64,000 nucleotides of DNA. It comes from Marsupella aquatica (taxonomy: Eukaryota > Plantae > Marchantiophyta). The stretch lies in contig OZ316891.1 of NCBI GenBank assembly GCA_973895155.1, forward strand, positions 2,285,324 through 2,349,323, in the 5' to 3' direction. Below the pieces are notes generated by a model that saw only the letters and a list, made by a program, of their open reading frames with translations, was not told the origin of the DNA and ran no database searches. Positions 12,001-24,380 of the stretch are shown in pieces. A program made the position numbers and the translations under genes. Numbering within the stretch: the first letter of the stretch is position 1; the number at the start of each line of letters is the position of its first letter.

Positions 12001-13064
12001 TAAAACTTTGCAAGAATGATTATTTCCCATCAAAACAGATCCGTTGATAGGAGTGTAGGATGAGAAAAATTCACGCATATAACACATGTGATACGAGCAA
12101 GCGGAATCCAAGATCCATTGACAATCCTCAACTTGGGAAGTGTTACACAATGCAAATCCTTCACTATCCTCTTCTCGAACAATTACTTGGGTTGAAGAAT
12201 CAGCAACTTCCTTGAATGTGTCTTTGACACGACAATCCTTCTTCATGTGGCCCACTTTGTCACACTTCCAACACTTTATCTCACGAGTAGGCTTGGATGG
12301 TGATTTGGATCGAGATCTAGATCTGGATCTAAACCTCCTCCTACCAAAAGATCGATCGTGGAATCTTCCTCGCTCCATGGGAAGTGGGTTAAACCTTTTG
12401 TTTTCATGAGATGGCTTCCTTGATTTGCCTCTTTCTACCAACAGTGCTGTTGATGATGAGGTTGAGGTAGGATGAGCTTAAGAAACCAGCTTAGACTGCA
12501 TGTCATCGGTCAACAGGGCACTCACCACATCATTGTAGGATATAGTTGTCTTATCACGGAATAGAAGAACTCGAGACAAAGATTGGTACAAAGGTGGTAG
12601 TGAGCTCAAGAGTTGTAAGGCTTTCTTTTCTTCGCTCAAATGCTCCCCCAAATTCTCTAGGTCAACCACAAGATCATTGAACTGATCGATATGATCTTGA
12701 ATCTTGACTCCATCAGCCATTTTGAATTGCATGAGCTTCAGGCTTGCATACATTCGGTTTGACATCTCCTTCTTGTAGTACTTGTTGCGCAATGCTTAAA
12801 ACAAGTCCATCACCGTTTGTGTTGCTTTTTCCTCGAACTGCTTCTTCACATTGTTTTTCAGGTACATGCCAACAATACTTACCGCTTGATCCTGGAGATC
12901 ATGTCAATCATCATCTTCCATCTCCTTGCGTTGAGATCTTAGTACCTTGCCTAGGCCCATCGCCCTAAGTGCATCCCTCACGTTACGTTCCCACATTGTA
13001 TAATCCATCCGACCATCAAATTTTCCACCTCAAATCTTTGACCTCCAATCCTAGTAGTCGCCAT
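9032..13064 (-). pseudogene. Copia gag-pol polyprotein, fragmented by stops and frameshifts
   Basis: Start MATTRIGGQRFEVE at 13064; gag (FKMADGVKIQDHIDQFNDLV); RS-rich tract and CWKCDKVGHMKKDC zinc knuckle; protease WILDSACSYH; integrase HSDVWG and RSDNGGEY; RT KARLVAKGFTQ and LYVDDML; RNase H YVDADYAGD and CDSQSA. Confidence 0.95.
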
Positions 13065-14219
13065 CGCTGGAATGCCAAATGTAGTGTGGAGTCGCCTTCC
13101 AACAAGAAATAAACGTCGAATGCTCAGATGTGGGGTGTGAAAATAAGGCCAAAAATGAAAGTTGGTGAATTTTGAAACTGATCACTCCTATGTGTAGCCC
13201 ACAAGGTAACGCTCCAAATTCTGAAAACGGTTTGTCAAATGGACTCTCGAGTGCCAAGAATTTTTACTCCAACCGGAGGGGGGTAAAAGATTAAATAATT
13301 ACCCCTTGAGGGAATCTCTTATGCCAAAGATTCCACTAATATACTTTTTCATAATCAAACGCACTAATACTTGCCTAGCTTCCCCAAGTACGCCTCTCCA
13401 AAAGTTGAAGTTGATCCGATTTTGTTTGCCGCTCGGAATGTTTGACCTTCGGTAAAAATTTAAGCCTCTGGAAAAGAAACTTTTTGGGAAATTCCGTCCG
13501 CCCTTGTACAGCCCCCGTGGGGGACTTCACAGGGGGCACTTCCCCCTGCCCGAGCCCTGTCGAGCCCTAAAAGGCCTCCTCGAAGTTTTCGACCTCCTCG
13601 CGCGTCCGCGGATGTCGCGACTATTCGCGGCAGAAAGTACCCCTCGGCGGATTCACTCAAATTCCCGTCTCAGTTTTTGACGAAATCCAATTCTGATTTC
13701 AGATTCAGAAACTAGACTTCGAGGGCATCAAGATTGATATAAAGAACTTGCAAAACGGTGAGTAATGAGGGAGAAACAATTCGGTGAAAGTGACTGATAT
13801 TAAGTTATTCGCCATAGCCAAAATTTTGAGCTCAAAAAACGAGAATTGAAATTAAGATTGCTTCTCAACCGTTTGACGGAATTCAACGATGTTGATATCG
13901 AAACGTCTAGAAAGACAAGGCGCTCAAGTGTATCTCAGTTTCAAGTCCCGATAGAACAATCAAAAAGACTGATCTGAGAAATTGACCTTATCTCTTGCCC
14001 GATAACGTAAATTGAAAACTGTCACTTACAATTGTTTCCATTTCTGACCTCAGGCCTTCATTGCTTCACTGAAATGAACCCCTGGTTGTGTGCTCCACAC
14101 TTGTGAGAAGATTGAGTCCGATCTTCTTTCAATAGCTCCGCTTCGAAGAGGAAATCATCCGCTGTTCGCTTTGCTTGAAGCAAGTTCTATGGAGTTCCTA
14201 ATCGACTGAAAAAATCTGA

Positions 14220-14231
14220 GCTCTGATACCA
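14220..14231 (-). other. Primer-binding site, tRNA-iMet
   Basis: Minus strand TGGTATCAGAGC, 2 nt inside the 5' LTR. Confidence 0.95.
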
Positions 14232-14233
14232 AT

Positions 14234-14556
14234 TGTGGGGAGAAATCAGATCAAGAAAAACACTATGAACATACACGTGCTCAATAGTTACGTGGTTCAC
14301 CTCGAGGTTGGCTATGTCCACGGGAAGACCAAGCTTTATTAACGGTTATGTGTCTACTCAAGCATCACCATAGCTCTCATCTCTTCAAGCTCTCATCTCT
14401 TGCTATATCACTGTGTTCTCTCTTGAGTACTCTCTTGTGTGTTTTCACATCACATACAAGTTGAAGAGATAAGGACCAATCTCTTTAACTAGGGTTTACT
14501 CTAACCCTAGTTAACATACTAACCATAGTTAACCCAAGACTGAGTTAACCTCTACA
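14234..14556 (-). repeat. 5' LTR (323 bp)
   Basis: Matches 8514-8837; adjacent to the PBS. Confidence 0.97.
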
Positions 14557-17553
14557 CAATGTTCCCTTGCCCCTTTTTAAAGCTTCAAAGTTAGGATATA
14601 GTATATAATATTTTTGTAAATTTAATCAATTGCTGTTATCAGGTTGCACACACGTAACTTGGTTCATTCCATGGGGACTCTGACCTTTCATGTCAACCAG
14701 AGCATACAATAGCTCAGATCTAGCTCTGAGCATTTAAAAAAAACTCATCTGAGTCACTCAATACCCAATTTTTAGACTCAGATGACTTCTAAGGTCTTTA
14801 GGTTCGGAACATACAACTATGGACTGTAAAATGAATTGGATTGCAGCTCAAGCATTTCAGCAATAAGAATTAAATAAATTGTCTGTAGTACTACTATTGT
14901 GAGATATAATGCCCCCAAAACCAGAAATTCAGCTCAAGTTACGTGTTGCTCTTATTGTCCATAATGCTCTAAAAAGTATCTGAATGCCCGTAAAGGCTGG
15001 AGATTGTTTTAGTTTCAATAATTTCAATGAAAATAGAGTAGAATCTTAGTAAAGTAGTGATCCAAGTTGACCTGGCATTATCCTTCAAGAATGCAAATAT
15101 ATATAAATAAAGGGAAAATTTATGAAGGACATTAAGTACTAGTGGATTGTCTTTAAACAAGGCATCGCTTTATAAACCTGCGTGTCTGGCTGACAATGGT
15201 TGACTCCAAACTCTTCCCACATCCGTCAACCTTACTCTTCACACCCTTGTAAAGTACCGGGTCAACTTTACTAATGTAATTCGCAGGTCAGGAAGCGGTA
15301 CAAAAGTAGACAGTGAACAGAAAAAGAAGAATTTCGTGTAGTAGGCTTGTTGGAAAAATCTTGGGAATGCGAAAAGGTTCGGACAATCAACAGGAGAAAT
15401 ACTTTACCCGTTTACTGGTTTTCTGATCACCCACAGTTGCCTTGTTTTTGTTGTTTTTTAAAAATGGCCCAGGTGGTGACTACATGAGCTCTACAAGGGC
15501 GGAAACCGTCAGTTATTAATAAATCAAATTGGGAAAAGTCTATTGCAGAGTAGTGACTAGAACAAAGCCTAATTATTGGCCATCAGGGTTTTTTGAGCAT
15601 CCACAGCAGGATCCATTTTAATAGCCATAACTTAGTTCTTGCTGGGCGTTCTCTCCAATCACCGTACCAAACAGATCGCTCAGACTGCACAAGTTTCACA
15701 AAGTACTTTTTGGACAGAGCTGTGACCAGCTGCATGCATTAACCTAATCAATTGCTCTCACATCTTTGTTTGGGGGTCTCAATACTCTGCCACACCTGGA
15801 CAATGTCTTTCCATAACTCAAGAGCCATAAAAACTTCCTTTAAAGTTATGGAACTGATATTCGACTATGATAAGGAATGCTCAGAGGCTCGTCAGTTAAC
15901 AAATAACTTCAACAACTTTTCCATAACTCTAGGCACAATCCTGAAATCCTGAATCCTGAAAGGTGCAATTAAACTCATGTGGGCTTTGCGCCTGACCTGG
16001 TGATGGCTGCTTCATTGAGGTGGCACCTGACCAAGAATCAAGGGGAAATTATATATTCTATAAGTCTGAGGTGAGTCCACAACTCTTGCCGTGTGGAGTG
16101 GGGCAATGCCACCTCTCCCTGTTCTTTAGATTCCTTAGCTGGGTCCCAAAACCAGACTTACAGGATGGACCATAAATCTACAACCTTCAGTCACGGCCCA
16201 ACTTTTGAGACATCCTAGTTGGTGCTACTGCCCCTGGCTACTGCTGACCCCTCCCAGAGTTTGGTATTCCTGCCTCCCGTCCTGCCTATGCCAATTGACA
16301 TTACTCAACTTGCTCAAGCATTTTTACTCACAGCTGACTTCACTAGCATAATAAAGGTCATTTTGCAAAATTGGTGGGTGTAGTGTCAGTTTTGACTTGA
16401 CAATCTCCCTCACCAACATTAGGGTTACTAGCACTAATAGCAGTGATGATTGTTGTTGGCTAGGGGCCATTCCAAAATCGCTTTACGTTTTAATTGGGAA
16501 TGATTTTTAGTTTCGTTTCTAGAGAGAAATTATTGTTTTCCAAATACCCTCCAATTAGTGTACTAACAGAATGTCACCCCTTTAGTGTAAGTTACTATGC
16601 CTGGGGACTATGCCTCACACAAACCATCCATTTCTTCACCTTCTTGTGGTTGTATTCCCCTAGGTGAGAAGCACCTCTTGTTAGGGGTATTTAACCACTC
16701 GTTAGTCAAACCCAAACAAGACCTAGGCAAAAGGCAACTTACTGCTTAGCTAATCTCAAATGTACTTAACTTTGAGTCTGTTGTTCGTACTCAATTGGGC
16801 GAGTTTCAAAGGAGAGGGTGTATCCATGGGACCTTAACCTCAGACTTACACTCCCAGCTAGTTAGTGTGCTGCAGGGAAAGTTAATAGTTTTCTTTTTAG
16901 ATTGTGGGGGATAATCCCATATAGGAATTCTCTAGATCTCAATTTTTCCTTGAAAACAATGAAAACTTGTGTTTTACATTGTGATGTTACCTAAAAGTAG
17001 CCTGATTATCCGTCTGCTAAACGTTCAGTGTTTAGGGTTAGGGTTGTCAGTACCTTTGTACTTTCTTGGTCATTATGTGTTTTTCTTTGCTTGTGTACTT
17101 ATGGTTTTGTGTAATTATTATCTCACTCACCTTAATTAACATATATTATTTTCTACTCTCATACTTTATCATAAATAAATTAGATGATTTACATATCACT
17201 ACAAGACCAAAAACGAGGCATGTTCTAGGATGAACATGTCATATCCATTGCTAAACGCAAACAAAGGTAAACAAAACTCCTTATTATTTCCTGTTCATCT
17301 TTGCCCCATTTTTGTTTTGTGTTTGCACTTTCAGTTATTTTATTAGAGTCACGGTTTAGAGTCTTCACTCTAGACGATAGCCAGGGAGTTGTGGGGTTAT
17401 TAGTAGATTTTGTTCTACTGCAGGGTCTCAACTTTTCAATAATTGGCTGAAGTACGTTCAGCTATGTGATGGGGCCCCAAAAGAGCCCCCAAGATTCTTT
17501 TGTCAAAAATACATATGAACTGAAATACTGTACTTTTATAGTTTCCCTTGTTC

Positions 17554-17698
17554 TAAAGAGACCAAAACAAAATCTAATGTATTATATGATATATATAATA
17601 TTTATTTATATTCAGGCAAGATTAAGATGGATTAAAGAGACCAAAACAAAATCTAATGTATTGTATGATATATATAGTATTTATTTATATTCAGGCAA
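17554..17698. repeat. Near-perfect duplication of about 66 bp (period 79)
   Basis: TAAAGAGACCAAAACAAAATCTAATGTATT...TTCAGGCAA at 17554 and 17633. Confidence 0.9.
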
Positions 17699-17929
17699 TA
17701 TTATGATGGCTTACTTAGACACAGGAACGATGAGAGTAACATTTATCTTATATATTTATTTTATTCTTTTGTTCTTTTTCACTTTATTTGTCTTAAGCTA
17801 AGTATATTTAATACTTGCTCTTTATAGTTCAACCTAATGTGACCAAACCGGGCCAATGGGGTCTAATAGTGGTAAGGTAAACCAAAATCAAAACTCTGGC
17901 TAACCTGGAGGGCTCCAGCTAATGATCTA

Positions 17930-18232
17930 CACTCTAATTAGTGTTAGTAAACAATTAGTGTTAGTAACACTAATTTTGATAAAAATGATTTTGTGTCCAA
18001 ATAACACTAATTTTTGTAGGTTTTCAAAACATATTTTTTTCACTTTAGTGTAAAAAATGGATGATCTTTAGTCCAAAGTAACACTAATTGTTGTGTAATT
18101 TTTCAAAATAGTTTTTTCTTTCTATTTTGTCACTCTTAAGACCACAATAACACTAATTCATGCACACGCAAAAATAATGTTAATATAAAATTAGTGTAAC
18201 TAATATTAATTCACAAATAAACTGAAAATGTG
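17930..18232. mobile_element. AT-rich MITE (family A, copy 1), TA-flanked, Tc1/mariner-like
   Basis: Reverse complement of 33288-33591 over its whole length, including blocks AATGGATGATCTTTA and CACTCTTAAGACCACA; repeated TAACACTAATT motifs. Confidence 0.8.
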
Positions 18233-18396
18233 TATTATTGAATTAGTGTTAGTCACACTAGTTATGGTAAAAATTGCACTATGCCCAGAAAAATTTATTA
18301 GCACCCTAAACTTTCGTTTGGACTGATGGCTTTTTATTGTGGAAACAAAGTTCAGCAGTAAATCTGAATCTAAACAACTCTGCAAGAGCTAATGGA

Positions 18397-18642
18397 TTGC
18401 TCATTGATAACCCTCTAGACATTTTCATCTAAAAGTATTATGTATTACTCCCGGATAATTGTCAGGTCACATGGAATCTTGCTCATTGATGACCCTCTAG
18501 ACATTTTCATCTAAAAGTATTATGTATTACTCCCGGATAATTGTCAGGTCACATGGAATCTTGCTCATTGATGACCCTCTAGACATTTTCATCTAAAAGT
18601 ATTATGTATTACTCCCGGATAATTGTCAGGTCACATGGAATC
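18397..18642. repeat. Tandem repeat, 3 x 82 bp, nearly identical
   Basis: Unit TTGCTCATTGAT(A/G)ACCCTCTAGACATTTTCATC...GGTCACATGGAATC starts at 18397, 18479 and 18561. Confidence 0.95.
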
Positions 18643-19938
18643 TTCCATCTGTTGAGCATGGGGCCTCAATAACTTACATTCGGGGTACGTCAAGAGTGTA
18701 CAGAAAGCAAAAATGCATAGTACCCGCTGATAAAGGGACGAACCCTGGATAAAGAGAATTGCTCATCACGCAGTGGTCCCAGGGTCCAAGGATGTCGTGG
18801 TTTTCATTGGTTGATGCTTTCCATTGTCCTTTTGTCTATTACTGAATCGTCTATATATCTATATTCTAATTAGTGATAAATGTGTACTACTCAATAAAAA
18901 GGACCAGTTGTCTGTGAAGCCGTAGTGAACAGAAACCCTAGATAGACTAGACTCGAACACAGAACCTGGATATTGTTTGTTTTCAATTCTCTCCAAAAAG
19001 TAGTATGTAAGTGACCAGAGACTCTAAGGGTTATTGTTTCACAAACCAGTGGGGGCACGTGCGAAATTTTTCTTGCCAAAGCGACTTGAAGGGCGAATTT
19101 AGATCCTAGAGATCATGTACGGGGGCTGGAAAGTTTTTGGAATATTTTTATTGCCCTTCCTGTAAAGTTAACTACAATAGGTGGTACTCAACTAAATTGC
19201 CAAAAGACAAATCGGGGACCCACAATCCACCTGAAAGTAACCTAGTCCTTTGGCCAGTCATTGTGGTTATGACAGGAGAAGATCCCATGAATGACTTGTG
19301 GGTACACTTTAGATGCAAATGACTCATAATGAGAATAAACGAAGGGCTAGATGGAGAGACCTCTAAGTGACGTGGTCTAAAATCTAGTATAGACATGCGC
19401 TGCAAATAAGCAAAAGTTAGCCCCCACTCCAGGCCATGTAGGATACAAATGCATGGACCTCCAAATGGCCCATGAGGAGTAAGCAAAAGTTAGGCCCCAA
19501 CGTTTATAATGTGAACTATAGCTATACGTCCCCACTGTGGCCCTTATCACATCCTTCACACCATAGAAAACCAACTCTTTTAAAGCCACCCTAAGTTTTG
19601 GTTATCCTTGTAGGCATTTTACTTGAGGTCTAGAGTAACCTTGACTATATCTGTGGTTAGGGTTACTATAGTGGTAGAATTGGTCAGGTTAGTTGTGCTG
19701 GTCCTTTATACACAAGCAATGTTAGCTTATGGATGAGAGACGCAGGCTCATTGTAGAGCGTGTATTGTGACTTGATCGGGGGCTTGACTTGAGATGTCCA
19801 ATGGGCCTAGAGTGCAATAAAGCTTTTATAATTAGTGTGTCCTCATAGACATAGCCTCATTAGAGGTGCACCATGCATGTTAGGCATTTACTCTTAGGTC
19901 TAGGGTTATGATTGTAACCATAGTCAGGGCTAACCATA

Positions 19939-20222
19939 CTCAGGGGTCTCACTATATGGGGACCTCTCCATCACCTGCGACATTTTTAGGCCTCGGACCC
20001 CCTAAAATGTAAGAAAGAAAAAAAATATTTAACCCCTCTAAGTTGGAATATTCCAAAAATTTGATTAAAAAGACCCTAATGTTCTTATAAGTCTCAAAAT
20101 TGAATTAAAAAGACCCTATTGTTTTTCTGCAAAAATTCTTAAGTCTTCCCTTAGAACCAATAAAATGACCCTATCCTTCATCACACGTGATATGTCATTT
20201 TTGTGGAAGTGAAATCCCCGAG
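19939..20222. mobile_element. 284-bp MITE with 15-bp imperfect TIRs and an 8-bp TSD (hAT- or P-type signature)
   Basis: TIRs CTCAGGGGTCTCACT and AGTGAAATCCCCGAG (3 mismatches); TAACCATA at 19931-19938 and 20223-20230. It interrupts a diverged tandem repeat (19626-19870 resembles 20223-20430). Confidence 0.75.
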
Positions 20223-23200
20223 TAACCATAGTCACGTACTACGTTAGGTTAACTAGGTTGCACACTATATCCCAAGTAGTGTTTGCTTGGATAAAAGAAA
20301 CTCAGGCTCATTGGTACGAAGCCAGTTGAGAGCTAGGGAAATTTAGTATTGCGGAGTCTCGGTATGGCCAACGCGTCTAGAGTGCAATAAAGCTCGTGTG
20401 TTCTCATGAACATAACTTCAACTAAGGTGAATCACATATCTCTCTGTGTTGACCAAGTACTTGTGCATTGGATGGTTCATGAGCTTGCTATTGTGAATGT
20501 CGTCTATGCTCAACACACCATGTATCTCTTGTTATCAACTACCTACTTGTTGGATGAAAATGAAACTAGACCCCCACAAAAATGTTGTTACCAACTAGCC
20601 CCCGTACATAGGTTCTGTACACATGGTTCTTATGTGGTGCCTAAATTCATGCTCAACCCTACATTTTCCACCACAATCCACCGCAATCCATCGCACGCTG
20701 CGTCACAATCCACCGTGCGTACGTCTTCACATGATTAAATAGAATGTCTTTGCTTGAACTTCACATGATTAAATAGAATGTCTTTGCTTGAAGACATAAT
20801 GGATCATGTCTTCACATGATTACAGACTTTTAATGGATCCACCACTATAGGATAGTGGGTTCGTAAAACATTTAGTTTAAACATTTAGTCTAGTTTCCCG
20901 CTATGATTGAGTCCATGGTGTCTTTGTTTCACACTTAGACAATTTTGAAAGTTGCAACATTCAAGGGAATATAGCCAAGAGTAAAAGATCCTTGGTTCCT
21001 TCCATACGTAGACAAATTTGGGGTCTTACTAGATGACTGTGAGAAGATAACATTTATGCATGTTGCCTTCGTTCCACACTTGGACAATTTGTAAACGTTG
21101 CAATAGGGACCAATGACCAATGAAAAGTAGAGGATTCAGTCAATGTTTAGACAAAAGAACAAAGAAATGTCAAAACATCATGCAAACCTGTGCATAAGTT
21201 TTGTGAAGCAACCTAAAGACAAAATTTAAACCTGAAGACATGAACCATATTGTCTTCACTTAGGAACTTGCAATTTGCTTGATGGTCGCCATTACTCTGC
21301 AGTTTCCCCAATGGTGGAGTTTGTCATTCAGCATGGTTTGACTCTAAAATTTATAGTAGCTCTTATTGGTGATAATATCAAGTTAAAACTCATTATAGGA
21401 ACTTTACAAGAACATTTTCAGGACACAAGTGTCAAAGGGGGCCTAGTTTGTAACAAAAGCTTCATAAGGGCCTATCATCTATATAAATTTTGGCAAGAGT
21501 CCCATCAAGCATATACTTTCATGTTCATTGTGGAACATGTTTTGTGTGTTTTTTGTCTTGTAGTGATGCGTAAATGATAATGGCATAGTCTTTGATAGGA
21601 TTGAGTGGGAAAAATACAACAAAAGCCAAATAAAAATAAATGTTAAATAATGACCAAGAAAAATACATGTACACAAGTATTGAAAAATTGTGCACATAAG
21701 GTACAAATTCTCACTTGCTTTAATGCTACTCAAATCAATCAAAAATTGTGCAAATAAGGTACAAAAGATACTCGGGAAGATACCCCCTTGCCTTAGGTAA
21801 TGACAATAAAAACCATAACCTTAGCAAATAAAAGTTTGAGGAAAGTTAAAGCAGGGGGAGTCCACAATCCAAAGTATCAATTCTCTCTCTCATTCACTAG
21901 AATTGGCAGAAATTCCATAAAATCTGTTAGATGGGTGAATGGGCTATATTGAAAACTAAATGTAGTGGGGAGTAAGAGCTCTAGTGTAGGAAGATTAAAA
22001 AAAGCACTTAGAGGGGTGCCAATACAGGTGAACCTTGTTCCGACACATCAAAGTAAAAATATATGACAACGATTCTTAGCAAGACAAAACATTGAAAGTG
22101 GATTGGCCATATAGCAATGTCAGAATTATGCCATGAACGAATTAGATTTGCCTGGTTCCCTGGCAACTTGAGAACTGTAATTTTTTGTAATTCAAGGTCA
22201 GACAGTTAAAGGTTCACCCTCCAAAAGCAATGTACTCAAATTTGATGTCTTTGCAGATATATGAGAAGTTCCATGTATCCAAAGGAACTTAAAACTATCA
22301 TGTAATTAGCTCGAGGACCTTGGTTATGTTTTATTGAGCAATTTGGAGCTATGAAGAGTTGCACACGGGAATAGATAGATGAGAGGACAAAGATTAAATG
22401 GAGGATTCTAAATGAAGTGAATTTTGAAAGTAGTTAGCACAATTTTATTGAAGACAAATATGAGTACATTTATGGTAATACTGAGGGTAAATTTCCATGC
22501 AAAATGTTTTTCTTAGTACCTTTATGTCTATACAATACATATAACATTTCATATGTTCATGTAACATTTTACTTGTCCATAGTAGTTGAAAGGTTTTATC
22601 TGAGTCCCTTCGTATTCCTCTACCTATAATACTTATGGTGTTTCTTAGCTTAATTTGCTCGTTAATCCTCTATCCATAGTAGCCAAAGGGCTTGAATTAC
22701 GTGTACCTTGGTAAATGTTAGAGAAGTTGAAAAGTTTCTTGGGTTTCTTATGTTATCTTGGTAAATGTTAGAGTATGTAAGAGTTTCTTTCTACTTGTCA
22801 TTATTCCATCAATGTACAAATCAAAGAAATTGAAACAGATTACCAAAAACATTCATATATCAATCACAACTCATCCAAATATTATTTTCATTCACCCCTA
22901 TTTTACCATTTTCTTTGTTTACTTGAAATGTTATTTTTCAGTTTTCCATTGTTTTTAGAGTTACATGGTCTAACTGTTTTTCTTGCCTTCCCTCAAACAC
23001 GAGTAGTCAAATTCGGTTCATCTTGCATAACTAACGGTTCTTGTTTGTGACAAATCTTGCTGATGCAGATGCACGTGCATCCAAGAATTTTGGAAGGAAC
23101 TTCCCATGGGCGTCCGTAACTATATGGTTTGTGGCATTCAGGATGCACACACCATCCCAGATGTGCCACTTTTACATGTGCAAATCGGATTGAACATATA

Positions 23201-23359
23201 TATTGTGCCATGTTTTTTAAGCAATTTTTAATCAGGAACCATTGTACGTTAGAGGATGTAAGTGATTCTCCACGATAAAAACAAAACTGAAAATCTACCA
23301 CTTTCTTCAATTCTGGCCGCAGTGCCAATATTGACTAGTTTGTGTCTTGATGTGAATCA

Positions 23360-23632
23360 ATGTTCTGCAGATCCTTCTTTCAGGGCAACAATCAGTCAAG
23401 ACCTCTGCCGTCTGGAGCTATGACATCCATCAACACTGATGGTGGGAATGGTATAGGACCTACTAACAACACTAGGTTGTGCAAGACAGCTTGCCCTGAT
23501 GCATGTAGTTACAATTTTGATGATGCAACTTCCACCTTCAGCTGCGGGACTGGTTCAAACTACGAAGTGACTTTCTGCCCCGGTGGAATTACATTACCAT
23601 TGAACAAAACCCGCAAGGATGTGGATCAGTGA
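23360..23632 (+). pseudogene. Thaumatin-like (PR-5) protein C-terminal fragment
   Basis: GPTNNTRLCKTACPDACSYNFDDATSTFSCGTGSNYEVTFCP matches the TLP C-terminal signature (CPxAYSYxxDDxTSTFTC..Y.VTFCP). Possible splice acceptors at 23370 and 23383. No N-terminal TLP exon was recognised upstream. Confidence 0.8.
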
Positions 23633-24380
23633 TTGCTGAAATCACCATATTCATTAAAAGTGTATTTTATTTTGTTCACTTTTAGGCCTCGAAATGTACA
23701 CTTTTTGGTCTCTAAATGTACACTTTTTAACCCCAAAAGGTATATTATAGTACAATACTCTACACCTAAATAGTCAATTGTAAACTTGAGGGAGAAAAAA
23801 TGATCTTTACTAGAAGGAGTCTCATCCTAGTTCATTTATAAAAGATGAACATGGTGGTATGTCTGATGGCCATCACTTTTATTTCTTGCCCAAATGTACA
23901 CTTTTTGAAAGCCAAATGTACACTTTCTATTGCCCAAATGTTCACAAATTGAATAATAATTCACTTTTAATGAATAGATTGATTGAACATTGACTATGAT
24001 GTTGCCATGTCGGTTGCCATCATCCCAATGCTCATCGAAATCATCCAACTAGTAACCAGATTGTGAAATGGTAGTGAACAAAACCTGCAAGGATCTGGAT
24101 CGGTGATATACATTGATGATGATGTTGTCATCGTACCATGCTCATCGAGATCATCCAACTTGTAACTGGGTTGTGAAATGGTAGCTAGAGAAACGAGCTC
24201 ATTTCCAGCTACCATCAGAATAAACCTGCTTTGTTTTTATTCTTAAGTTGCACTTGTTAAGTCTCACACAGTTGGTGGGGTAAAAAGGCCCTTACAGTCC
24301 CGCTTACAGTTCAGCACGATCTGGTAAAGACTACCAACCTGGTAAGGCCATGGCAAGGAGAGTATCCAAACCTAAACCGT

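Larger units (their letters stand above)
8514..14556 (-). mobile_element. Full-length Ty1/Copia LTR retrotransposon (Tnt1/Tork-like), non-functional
   Basis: Two TG..CA LTRs, 5-bp TSD CAATG (8509-8513 and 14557-14561), PBS, PPT, and gag-PR-IN-RT-RH domain order on the minus strand. Confidence 0.97.

Noticed and set aside
15550-16350. Decayed coding-like stretches (also ~21900-22430, 40200-41560 and 42800-43300)
   Set aside because: They contain many stops and no recognisable motifs; they cannot be assigned from sequence alone.
17031-17044. Interstitial telomere (TTTAGGGTTAGGGTT)
   Set aside because: Only two units; too short to be meaningful.
18397-18642. CRISPR-like array
   Set aside because: The units are contiguous near-identical copies with no unique spacers, there are no cas genes, and the context is eukaryotic.
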